A stretch of DNA of 64,000 bases from the NCBI GenBank assembly GCA_026415505.1, contig JAOAGY010000032.1, positions 294,159 through 358,158 of the forward strand, written 5' to 3'. Under the pieces are notes generated by a model that had not been told where the DNA came from, did no database searches, and worked only from the letters and a program-made list of their open reading frames with translations. A program made the translations under genes and the position numbers. Position 1 is the first letter of the stretch. Each line of letters opens with the position of its first letter. This stretch comes from Chlorobiota bacterium (GTDB lineage: Bacteria; Bacteroidota; Ignavibacteria; Kapaibacteriales; NICIL-2). Positions 9,902 to 18,846 of the stretch are shown one piece after another.

Positions 9902-10591
9902 TCATTGAACTTCTCGGAGAAACCAGCGCTGCTCTACGCTCGCGCCGATGCGGACATCGTGCACGAAAAGGTAGTAGCATTTACCGCGTTCCAAAACTAC
10001 GGTGCTATCGGTACCGATCGGTATGTTGCGATCGGCATCGAGCACGCGAAGACGAACGTTGCCGGCATCGAGTGGCACCAGCGGCAAGATCGTCTGCGCA
10101 TCCACGATGGGCAACGCCAGCGGTGCGTCGTTGGCTTCGACGGTGACGAACGTTTCTTCCGACGCATTGACGATCTTGATCGCGGCGCGGTCGGCAAAGG
10201 GACTTTGCGTCGTATCCACGATCGGTCGGAGAAAGTCGGTGATCGTTGCTCCACGAACGACGATCGTGTACGACTGCCCATCAGCCATGACGTACCGCTG
10301 CGAGGCAATACGGACAGGCGTTGTATCGGTTGTGCTGTAGGCTTCGAGAAGCACGTACGTGCCGGACGGCACCGAAATCGGTTCGCTGAATTGCCCCACA
10401 TCGAGCGACCGAACGACATCGGCACTATCGGCGACGATACGGAGCGGTCCGGTTTTCGTTTGTGCGTTGAACACTCGCACGTAGGCAGTTCCACCGGTGA
10501 AGGTGACGACGCCATCGGTGCAGCCGACAAGCACTGTGGCAACGACTGCGAGTGTCAGAAGGTAACGCGGAGTCCGACTTGCATGCGCCAT
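9902..10591 (-). CDS. DUF4397-like lipoprotein
   Basis: Start trimmed to the internal Met (MAHASRTPRYLLTLAVVATVLVGC, a lipobox-like LVGC) because the full ORF would run deep into the receptor gene. Repetitive beta-strand segments resemble DUF4397. Overlaps the 3' end of the upstream TonB-dependent receptor by about 37 nt. Confidence 0.55.
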   Translation of the reverse strand: MAHASRTPRYLLTLAVVATVLVGCTDGVVTFTGGTAYVRVFNAQTKTGPLRIVADSADVVRSLDVGQFSEPISVPSGTYVLLEAYSTTDTTPVRIASQRYVMADGQSYTIVVRGATITDFLRPIVDTTQSPFADRAAIKIVNASEETFVTVEANDAPLALPIVDAQTILPLVPLDAGNVRLRVLDADRNIPIGTDSTVVLERGKCYYLFVHDVRIGASVEQRWFLREVQ

Positions 10592-13500
10592 CGTGAAAAG
10601 AACGAATCGGTGTCGTAGATACCAGGCTTGCCGTTCGAATTCGTCGGCGACGAATACGAAATACGCAAACGCCCTTGCGCATCGAATGGTGTATTCGTCG
10701 TCGGATCGTTGACGAGTGTGATGAGGCGATAGCTTTGGAAGTTGACGTACTGTTGCAGCCCCCACGAGCTGTTGAGCAAATTGAGCACGTTCTGCACATC
10801 GACCGTCAGCTCCAGCCGCGTTCCACCGAGCGAGGGGAGTTGCTGCACGAATCGAACGTCGAGTTGATGAATCCACGGCTCGCGCATCGAATTGCGTGGG
10901 AGCACCTGCCCGCGGTACCGCCGCAGGACGCTATTGGCTTCGATGAAATCCATCAGTTGTTTCCAAATCTGATCGGCTGTTCGCAAATCGACACCGCCCG
11001 GCGGGACGACCACAATTCGCGTTCCGTAATCTTCCGGTCGGGGGACGTAGATGAGGTCGTTGTACGTCAGCAGATCGCCGTTGTAGTCGCCGATGTATGT
11101 GAAGCTGTAGGGTCTGCCTGAATTGCCAGTGTAAAAGATTCCAAGTGTCGTTGTGAGATTTTCGATGAGTCGCGTGCGGTAGAACAGGCTGATCGTGATT
11201 CGATGCGGCACGTCGAAGTTCGAGCGACCGAGTGTCGCACGGTTCGGATCGGTTGCGTCGGTGTTTTGCCAATTCGAGAGCGCTGTCGCTGCGGTCGCAT
11301 CCGCCAAGTCGTAGGTTGCCGAATAGACATACGACACTGTCCCGCTCAAACCGCGCAGGATGGGATTGTTTTCCTGAAGCGATAGCGAAAGCATGCCGCT
11401 GTACTGATAGCCTTCGTTACGACTGGCTAAGAGGATGACTTGCGTGAATTCGGGTGCGGCGTTCGAGTCGGTCCGTCCCGCCGGCGAACGCGCATACATG
11501 GGACGACCATCGAGCGGCGAAAACGGCATCGCCAGCGAGCGTCGCAAGTTGATATTGCGGAATTCAACCGTGTTGAGCATTTGCCCGTACATCAGCTCGC
11601 TCGTCAGGCGGAGCCACGGCTGTAGCTGCACGTCCACACCGAGCGTCGAACGCCACACTTGCGGAAAGCGGAAGTTCGGATCGGTCACATTGATTTGGGT
11701 CGTCGCGATCGGCTGACCGGGGAAACCTGGATCGCCCGGCTTCGGCGGATTGAAGGGATCGAGCGTCACTCGAAGCGGCACATTCGGCGAGTCCAGTCGC
11801 ATCAGCAGTGGCGCATTGGCATCGTTGTCGCGACCGATGCTGACGCGATAGAGGTCGACGCCTGTGTTGCTGTACTGGTTCGAAAGCCACACAGCCGGCA
11901 CCCGACCGCTGAAGATGCCCGTACCGCCGCGAATCTGAATCGTGCGATCGCCGGTAACGTCGTAGTTGAAGCCGACGCGTGGTGCCCACAGCGGACGCGC
12001 ATCGGGCAAGCGGCTTGTCCGCAAACCTGCGGGGATTTCCTGGTAGTAGCGCTTGAGCGTGTCGGGCAATGCTGCATAGACGCGCGCCAGCGAATCGAAC
12101 CGTGCCGCAAACGCGGGGTTGTCGTAGGGACGGTCGAAGTAAACCGGCACATCCGCACGCAGTCCGAACGTCACGCGCAATTGCGAGGTAACGTTCCATT
12201 CATCCATCGCGTAGATGCCGCCTTGCATCATTCCCCACCGAGCCCGCGGCTGCCGATCGCCGCCCGTTGCGCTCAGATTGGCGTAGCTGACCTGGTAAAA
12301 ACTCGGTGTTCGGTCGCGCAGTGCTTGGACGTCGCGAAATGTGTAGCTGCCGAAAAAGTCGGGGATGAAAAGGTTGTTGAAGCGATACAACTCGTTGTGC
12401 GTACCGATCGTGACGGTGTGGTCGCCGAGAAAAATCGAAAAGTCGTTGGTGATTGCCAGTTGCGATTGATCGAGCGCGTTGGCTTGGGAATTCCGCTCGG
12501 GACCAAAGACGACCTGGTCTGCTCCGAGCATGACTTTGACTTGCGGAAACGGATCGGCACGCAAGACGCGCTCGTCGTTGGTTTGCGTCCACGCAATGCG
12601 GAATTCGTTCGACATGTTCTCGCCCCAAATCGAATTCCATTGCAGCACCGTCGAATTATTGATGCTGCGGAATTCGTTCCACTGACTCGACAGCGAGAAC
12701 ACCTGCCGTGTGCGCAGCACGTTCCGATCCTGGAAAGCGTTGGTGTAGTTGTGGCGGAGTTGCAGCTTGTGGCGATCGGAGATGTTCCAATCGAAGCGAG
12801 CGATGATGTTGAACGTGTTGTTGCGCGAGACGAACAAATCGGCGGTGCCTGGATCGTAGCCGTACACCTCGCGGACCGTGCGAACGATGTCGTCGAGTTC
12901 GGCTTTGCTGTGCGGGAAATTGTTGAGCGCAGCAGGATTGTTCAGCGCGATTTCGAGCGGACGATTGCGGAGCCGCGTTTCGGTCGTTACGTGGAAAAAC
13001 AACCGATCCCGGACGATGGGACCACCAAGGCGCGCTCCGAACTGCGCATCGCTGAACTGGGCGTATGGCTGCCGGAGCGCATCCGGACTCGGTCCGACCA
13101 GGAGCTGATTCCGACCGAAGACGAACGCCGATCCTCTGAACGTATTCGTTCCACCGCGCGTGACGGCATTGATCAGTCCGCCGGTGAAACCGCTTTGGCG
13201 TATGTCGTAGGGCGAGATGTTCACCTGCAGTTCTTCGATCGCATCGAGCGAGAGAAGATTCGCATTGGCTTGGCTGCCCGCGGTTCCTGCTTGACCGAGA
13301 CCGAAAATGTCGTTGGCGATCGCCCCGTCGATCTGAATGTTGTTGTAGCGAGAATTCGAGCCGAGTATGCTGATGCCTTGCAAGCCGTCGTCGGCACCGA
13401 ACGCGGTTGTTTGTGTCGCATACGGATTGACCCGTGCGATGTCCGACAGTGAGCGATTGATTGCGGGCAGTGACGCGATCTCGTCGGACGACACCGTTCC

Positions 13501-13956
13501 TCCGCTTCCCATTTTCGTCGGCGAAAACGTCCGGTCGCGTTGACCGGTCACGACGACGTCCTGCTTGCGCATCTCCACCGACGACAGTGCAAAACTGACA
13601 CGCGACTCTTGACCCAATTCGACGTACACGTCGGTGACCGTATCCGGCACGAACCCGACATACGACGCCCGCACGCGATACGGACCGCCGACACGCACAC
13701 CACGAATCGAGAATCGTCCGTTCTTTTGCGACGTCGTGCCGTACCGAGTACCGGTCGGAAGATGTTCGGCGACGACGGTTGCACCATAGAGCGGCTCGCC
13801 CGTGCGGCGGTCGGTCACCGTTCCTCCGATCGAGCCGGTCGTGACGCCTTGGCTATAGGCATCGATCGAAGCGAGAACCAGCACAATCGCGCTGGAAACG
13901 AGCAGAGAACGTAGCGTTGTCGTCAACCTTTCCTTTCGCGCAAGACTGTTCAGCAC
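10555..13956 (-). CDS. TonB-dependent receptor with an N-terminal carboxypeptidase-regulatory-like domain and a plug domain
   Basis: N-terminal CarbopepD_reg-like region (GGTVTDRRTGEPLYGATVV...RVGGPYRVRASYVGF), then a TonB plug (VVVTGQRDRTF...SDEIASLP), then a long beta-barrel ending in the terminal ...RVTF. The start is uncertain: GTG at 13956 is chosen for signal-peptide spacing, with a TTG at 13926 and an ATG at 14022 as alternatives. The ORF's maximal extent to 14217 is unlikely. Confidence 0.85.
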   Translation of the reverse strand: MLNSLARKERLTTTLRSLLVSSAIVLVLASIDAYSQGVTTGSIGGTVTDRRTGEPLYGATVVAEHLPTGTRYGTTSQKNGRFSIRGVRVGGPYRVRASYVGFVPDTVTDVYVELGQESRVSFALSSVEMRKQDVVVTGQRDRTFSPTKMGSGGTVSSDEIASLPAINRSLSDIARVNPYATQTTAFGADDGLQGISILGSNSRYNNIQIDGAIANDIFGLGQAGTAGSQANANLLSLDAIEELQVNISPYDIRQSGFTGGLINAVTRGGTNTFRGSAFVFGRNQLLVGPSPDALRQPYAQFSDAQFGARLGGPIVRDRLFFHVTTETRLRNRPLEIALNNPAALNNFPHSKAELDDIVRTVREVYGYDPGTADLFVSRNNTFNIIARFDWNISDRHKLQLRHNYTNAFQDRNVLRTRQVFSLSSQWNEFRSINNSTVLQWNSIWGENMSNEFRIAWTQTNDERVLRADPFPQVKVMLGADQVVFGPERNSQANALDQSQLAITNDFSIFLGDHTVTIGTHNELYRFNNLFIPDFFGSYTFRDVQALRDRTPSFYQVSYANLSATGGDRQPRARWGMMQGGIYAMDEWNVTSQLRVTFGLRADVPVYFDRPYDNPAFAARFDSLARVYAALPDTLKRYYQEIPAGLRTSRLPDARPLWAPRVGFNYDVTGDRTIQIRGGTGIFSGRVPAVWLSNQYSNTGVDLYRVSIGRDNDANAPLLMRLDSPNVPLRVTLDPFNPPKPGDPGFPGQPIATTQINVTDPNFRFPQVWRSTLGVDVQLQPWLRLTSELMYGQMLNTVEFRNINLRRSLAMPFSPLDGRPMYARSPAGRTDSNAAPEFTQVILLASRNEGYQYSGMLSLSLQENNPILRGLSGTVSYVYSATYDLADATAATALSNWQNTDATDPNRATLGRSNFDVPHRITISLFYRTRLIENLTTTLGIFYTGNSGRPYSFTYIGDYNGDLLTYNDLIYVPRPEDYGTRIVVVPPGGVDLRTADQIWKQLMDFIEANSVLRRYRGQVLPRNSMREPWIHQLDVRFVQQLPSLGGTRLELTVDVQNVLNLLNSSWGLQQYVNFQSYRLITLVNDPTTNTPFDAQGRLRISYSSPTNSNGKPGIYDTDSFFSRWRMQVGLRVTF

Positions 13957-14101
13957 TGCAAAGTTAGCGATGGCAAAACATCCGAGATCGTAACGAATAG
14001 GAAAACAGCGCCGATGACACATTTTGACCTCGGTCCGAAATACCTTGCAACCTGCTGCGCGGCTGTTCGTAAATGCAGCCGGACACCATCGGCATCGAAC
14101 G

Positions 14102-14488
14102 ATGATCGTCACCGACCAGCGACCGACACCTCGGCAATATATCGCCCTGTGCCGGCGAAGTGGCTTGCATCGTCCCACCGACGAGGCACGCATCGCCCGA
14201 ATGATCGCCGAAGCCAATCTTGTGCGAACCGTGTGGAACGGCGATACACTCGTCGCGTTGCTTCGCGCGTGGACCGATTGGGTGTACGTCTGTTACCTTG
14301 CCGACATCATGGTGGCAGCCGAGTACCAGCGCAGTGGAATCGGACGATTGCTCGTCGCCGATCTTCGCGCTCGGCTCGGCGATCGCGTTCAGCTTGTCGC
14401 CGTTGCAGCTCCGACTGCCAGCGGCTTTTACGAAAGCATCGGCTTCGAAAAATCCGATCGGACGTACATTCTTCGCAGGAAACAATGA
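14102..14488 (+). CDS. GNAT family N-acetyltransferase
   Basis: 128 aa from the internal Met. Acetyl-CoA binding motif QRSGIGRLLV. Divergent from the receptor gene. Confidence 0.7.
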   Translation: MIVTDQRPTPRQYIALCRRSGLHRPTDEARIARMIAEANLVRTVWNGDTLVALLRAWTDWVYVCYLADIMVAAEYQRSGIGRLLVADLRARLGDRVQLVAVAAPTASGFYESIGFEKSDRTYILRRKQ

Positions 14489-14670
14489 TGCGCTTCCGAA
14501 CGACTCTCGGTGTCGCACTCGTGTTCATCGGTATTGGATTGCTCGGTTATCTCTGCGTCGCGCTGCTGCCGTTCGAGCATCCCGTGCGAATCACCGTTCA
14601 AGCACTCGCGAGCGCAGCGATTGGCATCGCAGGAATGCTCCTTTGGGCGGCATGGCGGAAGATGCGGTAG
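14485..14670 (+). CDS. Small membrane protein (61 aa, two predicted TM helices), hypothetical
   Basis: ATGA overlap with the GNAT stop. Translation MMRFRTTLGVALVFIGIGLLGYLCVALLPFEHPVRITVQALASAAIGIAGMLLWAAWRKMR is strongly hydrophobic. Sits between the GNAT and YitT genes. Confidence 0.4.
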   Translation: MMRFRTTLGVALVFIGIGLLGYLCVALLPFEHPVRITVQALASAAIGIAGMLLWAAWRKMR

Positions 14671-14718
14671 CGCTGATTGCTGTACCTTTGCGGGATAGCG
14701 ACCTCGGTGCTGTGTCGA

Positions 14719-15588
14719 ATGAAACGCTCGCGAACTGCTACCATCGTGTACGAAAGCGTGTTGCTCGCAGCCGGCGTCACTTCGGCGACGATCGGGCTGC
14801 GCGGATTTTTGTTGCCCGTCGGATTCATCGATGGCGGCGTGACGGGAACATCGCTTTTGCTGACAGAATTGACCGACACTCCCCTGTCGGTGTGGATCGT
14901 CGCCATCAACGCTCCTTTCATCGCTTTGGCATACCGCAATCAAGGCGCGCAGTTCGCACTGCGAACGCTCGTTGCGATCGTGCTGCTGGCGGTCACGGTA
15001 GCAGTCTTGCCGCTGGAGGTCGTCACGCGCGACAAATTTCTCGGCGCGATCTTCGGTGGTATTTTCTTGGGTGCTGGCATCGGGCTTGCGATTCGCGGTG
15101 GCGCTGTGCTCGATGGCACCGAAATTCTGGCGATCCTGGTCAGTCGCCACACGATCCTGAGCATCGGGGACGTGATTTTGATTTTCAACATCGTGCTGTT
15201 CAGCGTCGCAGCGTTCGTGTTGTCGGTCGAAGTGGCGCTCTACGCGATCATCACCTACGCCGTTGCATCGAAGACTGTGGACTTCATCGTGGACGGCATC
15301 GAAGAGTACATCGCCGTCATCATCGTCTCCGAGCGGAGCGATGAGATTCGTCGTGCAATCATCAGCAAACTCGGCAGCGGCTGTACGATTTTCGACGGCA
15401 AACGCGGATTTGCGCTCGAACAAGGCGATCTCCGCAACGCCGCTATACTTTTCAGCGTCATCACGCGACTGGAAGTGACGCGCTTTTTGGGCGTCGTCCG
15501 TGGGATCGATCCCGATGCGTTCGTCGTGATGATGACCGCAAAAGACCTCCGCGGCGGTTGGGTCAAAAAGCGCCCGCTCAAGCATTGA
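14719..15588 (+). CDS. YitT family membrane protein (DUF161/DUF2179)
   Basis: Multi-TM N-terminal domain followed by a C-terminal DUF2179-like domain (…ISKLGSGCTIFDGKRGF…VVMMTAKDL). Start set at Met15 (MKRSRTATIV). Confidence 0.75.
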   Translation: MKRSRTATIVYESVLLAAGVTSATIGLRGFLLPVGFIDGGVTGTSLLLTELTDTPLSVWIVAINAPFIALAYRNQGAQFALRTLVAIVLLAVTVAVLPLEVVTRDKFLGAIFGGIFLGAGIGLAIRGGAVLDGTEILAILVSRHTILSIGDVILIFNIVLFSVAAFVLSVEVALYAIITYAVASKTVDFIVDGIEEYIAVIIVSERSDEIRRAIISKLGSGCTIFDGKRGFALEQGDLRNAAILFSVITRLEVTRFLGVVRGIDPDAFVVMMTAKDLRGGWVKKRPLKH

Positions 15589-15658
15589 TCGCACCTCTGC
15601 CTCCATCGTGCCGCGGTATCTTCGCGGGAAGTTTCACTCCGCTCTCGACAATACTGTC

Positions 15659-16807
15659 ATGCCGATGGGTTTTGCAACGAAGGCGATTCACGTTGGACAA
15701 GAGCCCGATCCTCTCACCGGTAGCGTGACCGTACCGCTCTATCAAACCTCGACGTTCGCGCAAGAAGCGATCGGCAAACACAAAGGCTACGAATACGCGC
15801 GCACCCAAAATCCGACGCGCTCAGCGTGGGAACGCAACATGGCTGCACTCGAAGACGGCACCGATGCGATCTCGTTCGCCAGTGGCATGGCTGCCATCGA
15901 TGCGATCGCGCGATTGTTCGATGCCGGCGATCACGTTCTGCTCGCCGAAGACATGTACGGCGGCACTTTCCGCTTGTTCGACACCGTGCTTTCCCGGCAT
16001 GGGCTTCGCTTCGACACCGTGGACATGCGCGATCTCGACGCTGTCCGACGCGCGCTCCGACTCGATACGAAGCTTCTGCTGACCGAGACACCGACCAACC
16101 CGCTGATGACGATCAGCGACATCGCAGCACTGGCTGAAATCGCTCACTCGTCGGGTGCTCTGCTGGCTGTGGACAATACGTTCGCCTCGCCGTACTTTCA
16201 GCGACCGCTTCAACTCGGCGCCGACATCGTCGTGCACTCGGCGACGAAATACTTGGGCGGTCATTCGGATTTGGTGCACGGTGTGGTCGTCGTGCGATCC
16301 GAAGAGCTTGCCGAGCGCTTGCATTTCATTCAAAACGCCGTCGGTGCCGTGCCGGGTCCGTTCGATTGTTGGCTGCTACTGCGATCGGTCAAAACGCTCG
16401 CTCTGCGCATGGAACAACATCAGCGCAATGCACTGGCGATCGCTCAGTTGTGCAGCAGCCATCCTGCCGTCGAGCGCGTGTACTATCCGGGGTTGCCCTC
16501 GCATCCGCAGCACGAGCTCGCTGCACGCCAGATGAGCGGATTTTCCGGTATGGTCTCGATCGAACTCGGCTCGCGACAAAAAGCCGACCGCTTCATCGCT
16601 GGACTGCGCATCGTCACACTCGCCGAATCGCTCGGTGGCGTCGAGTCGCTCGTCTGTCACCCGGCGACGATGACACACGCCAGCATCCCGGAAGAGGTAC
16701 GACTGGCGCGTGGCATCACCGATGGTCTGGTACGGCTGAGCATCGGCATCGAAGATTCCGCAGACCTTGTCGAGGACGTTCGCGATGCACTCGACAACTG
16801 CCGATAA
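15659..16807 (+). CDS. Cys/Met-metabolism PLP-dependent enzyme (cystathionine gamma-synthase / gamma-lyase family)
   Basis: PLP-lysine motif HSATKYLGGHSD. Conserved N-terminus ...ATKAIHVGQEPDPLTGSVTVPLYQTSTF. Length about 382 aa. Confidence 0.85.
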   Translation: MPMGFATKAIHVGQEPDPLTGSVTVPLYQTSTFAQEAIGKHKGYEYARTQNPTRSAWERNMAALEDGTDAISFASGMAAIDAIARLFDAGDHVLLAEDMYGGTFRLFDTVLSRHGLRFDTVDMRDLDAVRRALRLDTKLLLTETPTNPLMTISDIAALAEIAHSSGALLAVDNTFASPYFQRPLQLGADIVVHSATKYLGGHSDLVHGVVVVRSEELAERLHFIQNAVGAVPGPFDCWLLLRSVKTLALRMEQHQRNALAIAQLCSSHPAVERVYYPGLPSHPQHELAARQMSGFSGMVSIELGSRQKADRFIAGLRIVTLAESLGGVESLVCHPATMTHASIPEEVRLARGITDGLVRLSIGIEDSADLVEDVRDALDNCR

Positions 16808-16814
16808 TCCGCGC

Positions 16815-17477
16815 ATGCTCGCCATCGAAACGAGCGGTTCGGTGTGCAGCATCGCTCTCTGCATCGCCGAACGGCTCGTCGCCGAGTACACGGTCGAGGA
16901 ACCGAACGTGCACGATCGCCTGCTTGCGGTATCGGTCGAACGACTTCTTGCCGACACCGGCACATCTCCGGATAATATCGATGCCGTCGCTGTTTCCGCT
17001 GGTCCGGGCTCGTTCACTGGTTTACGAATCGGGCTCGCTTTTGCCAAGGGTCTTTGCTTCGGAAGCAGCACTCGTCTGGTTCTTGTACCGACACTCGAAG
17101 CATGTGCATTCGCGGCAGTTCCGATCGCAGCTCACCTTCACGAATGCGACATCGCTGCAATCGCTCGATCGCGCGACACGGTGTATTTCGTCCAGCACTT
17201 CTCGTGCGAAGGCGATCCGTTGACCGAACCGATGCTGCTCGATCGCAGCGACATCGCCCCACGCATCTCCCCACGAACGATCGTGTGTGGACCGGGTGCG
17301 CTCGATTTCCACGGCGGCATACGCATTCCAGGCTTGCTGCGGCTTTCGGCGCGGTTCGTCGCGCGGCGTGGACTGCAGATGCTCCGCAACGGTATCGTCG
17401 CCGATCCGGCGACCGCAGCGCCGTTGTACATCGAGGAGTTCGTACCGAAAGCACCTGTTCGCCACATCGCAACCTGA
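16815..17477 (+). CDS. tsaB: tRNA threonylcarbamoyladenosine biosynthesis protein TsaB
   Basis: N-terminus MLAIETSGSVCSIAL and ...AVSAGPGSFTGLRIGLAFAKG are typical of YeaZ/TsaB. About 220 aa. Confidence 0.75.
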   Translation: MLAIETSGSVCSIALCIAERLVAEYTVEEPNVHDRLLAVSVERLLADTGTSPDNIDAVAVSAGPGSFTGLRIGLAFAKGLCFGSSTRLVLVPTLEACAFAAVPIAAHLHECDIAAIARSRDTVYFVQHFSCEGDPLTEPMLLDRSDIAPRISPRTIVCGPGALDFHGGIRIPGLLRLSARFVARRGLQMLRNGIVADPATAAPLYIEEFVPKAPVRHIAT

Positions 17478-17547
17478 CATCTGCGGTATCTTCGCGCGTA
17501 CCTTCGACGGTCACCGACCGAGTTCTACCACGTTGCACGTGCCACCG

Positions 17548-18846
17548 ATGATCGAACGCTACACGCGTCCGCAAATGGGCGCAATCTGGAGCGACGAAAA
17601 CAAGTTCAGCATCTGGCTGGAAATCGAGCTGCTCGCCGTCGAAGCACACGTTCAGCTCGGCGTCGTACCGCAATCGGACTACGAGGAGCTTCGCGCGAAA
17701 GCACGCTTTTCCGTCGAGCGCATCGCCGAGATCGAGCGCACGACCAAGCACGACGTCATCGCATTCCTGACGTGCGTCGCTGAAAACGTCGGCTCGCCGG
17801 CGTCGCGATGGCTCCACATGGGCATGACCAGCAGCGACGTTCTCGACACGTGCTTGGCAGTTCAACTCAAGCAAGCGGGCGAGCTGTTGCTCGACGATTT
17901 GGAAAAGCTTCGTACTGCACTCGCACAGAAAGCCATCGAACACCGCTCGACGATCTGCGTCGGACGGACGCACGGTGTCCACGCCGAGCCGATGGTTTTC
18001 GGGCTGAAATTTTTGCTATACCACGAAGAGTGCAAGCGCAACATCGAGCGCATGCGCCGTGCCATCGAGACGATCGCCGTCGGCAAACTCAGCGGAGCGA
18101 TCGGCACGTTCGAGCATCTCGATCCCCGCGTCGAAGAATACGTGTGTGCCAAGCTCGGCTTGCGTCCCGACCCCATCACGACGCAGGTGATCCAGCGCGA
18201 TCGTCACGCGGAGTTTTTCACGACGCTCGCGATCGTCGCCAGCTCGCTCGAAAAAATCGCGCTCGAAGTGCGTCATCTTCAGCGCACGGAAGTTCGCGAA
18301 GCCGAAGAGCGCTTCACCGCCGGACAGAAAGGCTCCTCGGCAATGCCGCACAAACGCAATCCGATCGTCAGCGAGCGCATTTGCGGCTTGGCTCGATTGC
18401 TCCGCAGCAACGCACTGGCGGCGCTCGAAAACAATGCGCTCTGGCACGAACGCGACATCTCGCACAGCAGCGTCGAGCGTGTCATCTGTCCTGACTCGAC
18501 GATCGCGCTCGACTACATGCTCGCGCTGACGACCGAACTGGTCGAAACGCTCGTCGTCTATCCCGATCGCATGCTCGAAACCATCGAGCGCTCGCACGGC
18601 GTGATTTACTCGCAGGCTGTGTTGCTGGAGCTCGTTCGCAAAGGGATGACGCGCGAGGATGCATACGCCGTCGTGCAAGCGGCAGCGATGCGTTCGTGGG
18701 AGTCGGGACACCATTTGCGCACGACACTGGCTGACGATCCGACTGTCCGTCGCTATCTCGACGACCGCGAACTCGACGAAATTTTCCGCGGCGAACGATC
18801 ATTGACCAACATTCCCTACCTCTACAAGCGATGCGGCTTCGACTGA
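17548..18846 (+). CDS. purB: Adenylosuccinate lyase
   Basis: 432 aa from MIERYTRPQMGAIWSDENKF. Fumarate-lyase signature GSSAMPHKRNP. The ORF-track N-terminal extension is rejected because it overlaps tsaB. Confidence 0.9.
   Translation: MIERYTRPQMGAIWSDENKFSIWLEIELLAVEAHVQLGVVPQSDYEELRAKARFSVERIAEIERTTKHDVIAFLTCVAENVGSPASRWLHMGMTSSDVLDTCLAVQLKQAGELLLDDLEKLRTALAQKAIEHRSTICVGRTHGVHAEPMVFGLKFLLYHEECKRNIERMRRAIETIAVGKLSGAIGTFEHLDPRVEEYVCAKLGLRPDPITTQVIQRDRHAEFFTTLAIVASSLEKIALEVRHLQRTEVREAEERFTAGQKGSSAMPHKRNPIVSERICGLARLLRSNALAALENNALWHERDISHSSVERVICPDSTIALDYMLALTTELVETLVVYPDRMLETIERSHGVIYSQAVLLELVRKGMTREDAYAVVQAAAMRSWESGHHLRTTLADDPTVRRYLDDRELDEIFRGERSLTNIPYLYKRCGFD

Noticed and set aside
14022-14217. 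N-terminal extension of the TonB-dependent receptor to the ORF's first ATG (MASAIIRAMR...)
   Set aside because: It would put more than 60 residues before the signal peptide. A GTG/TTG start about 20-27 residues before the hydrophobic core gives a normal signal peptide, and the extension eats the divergent promoter region.
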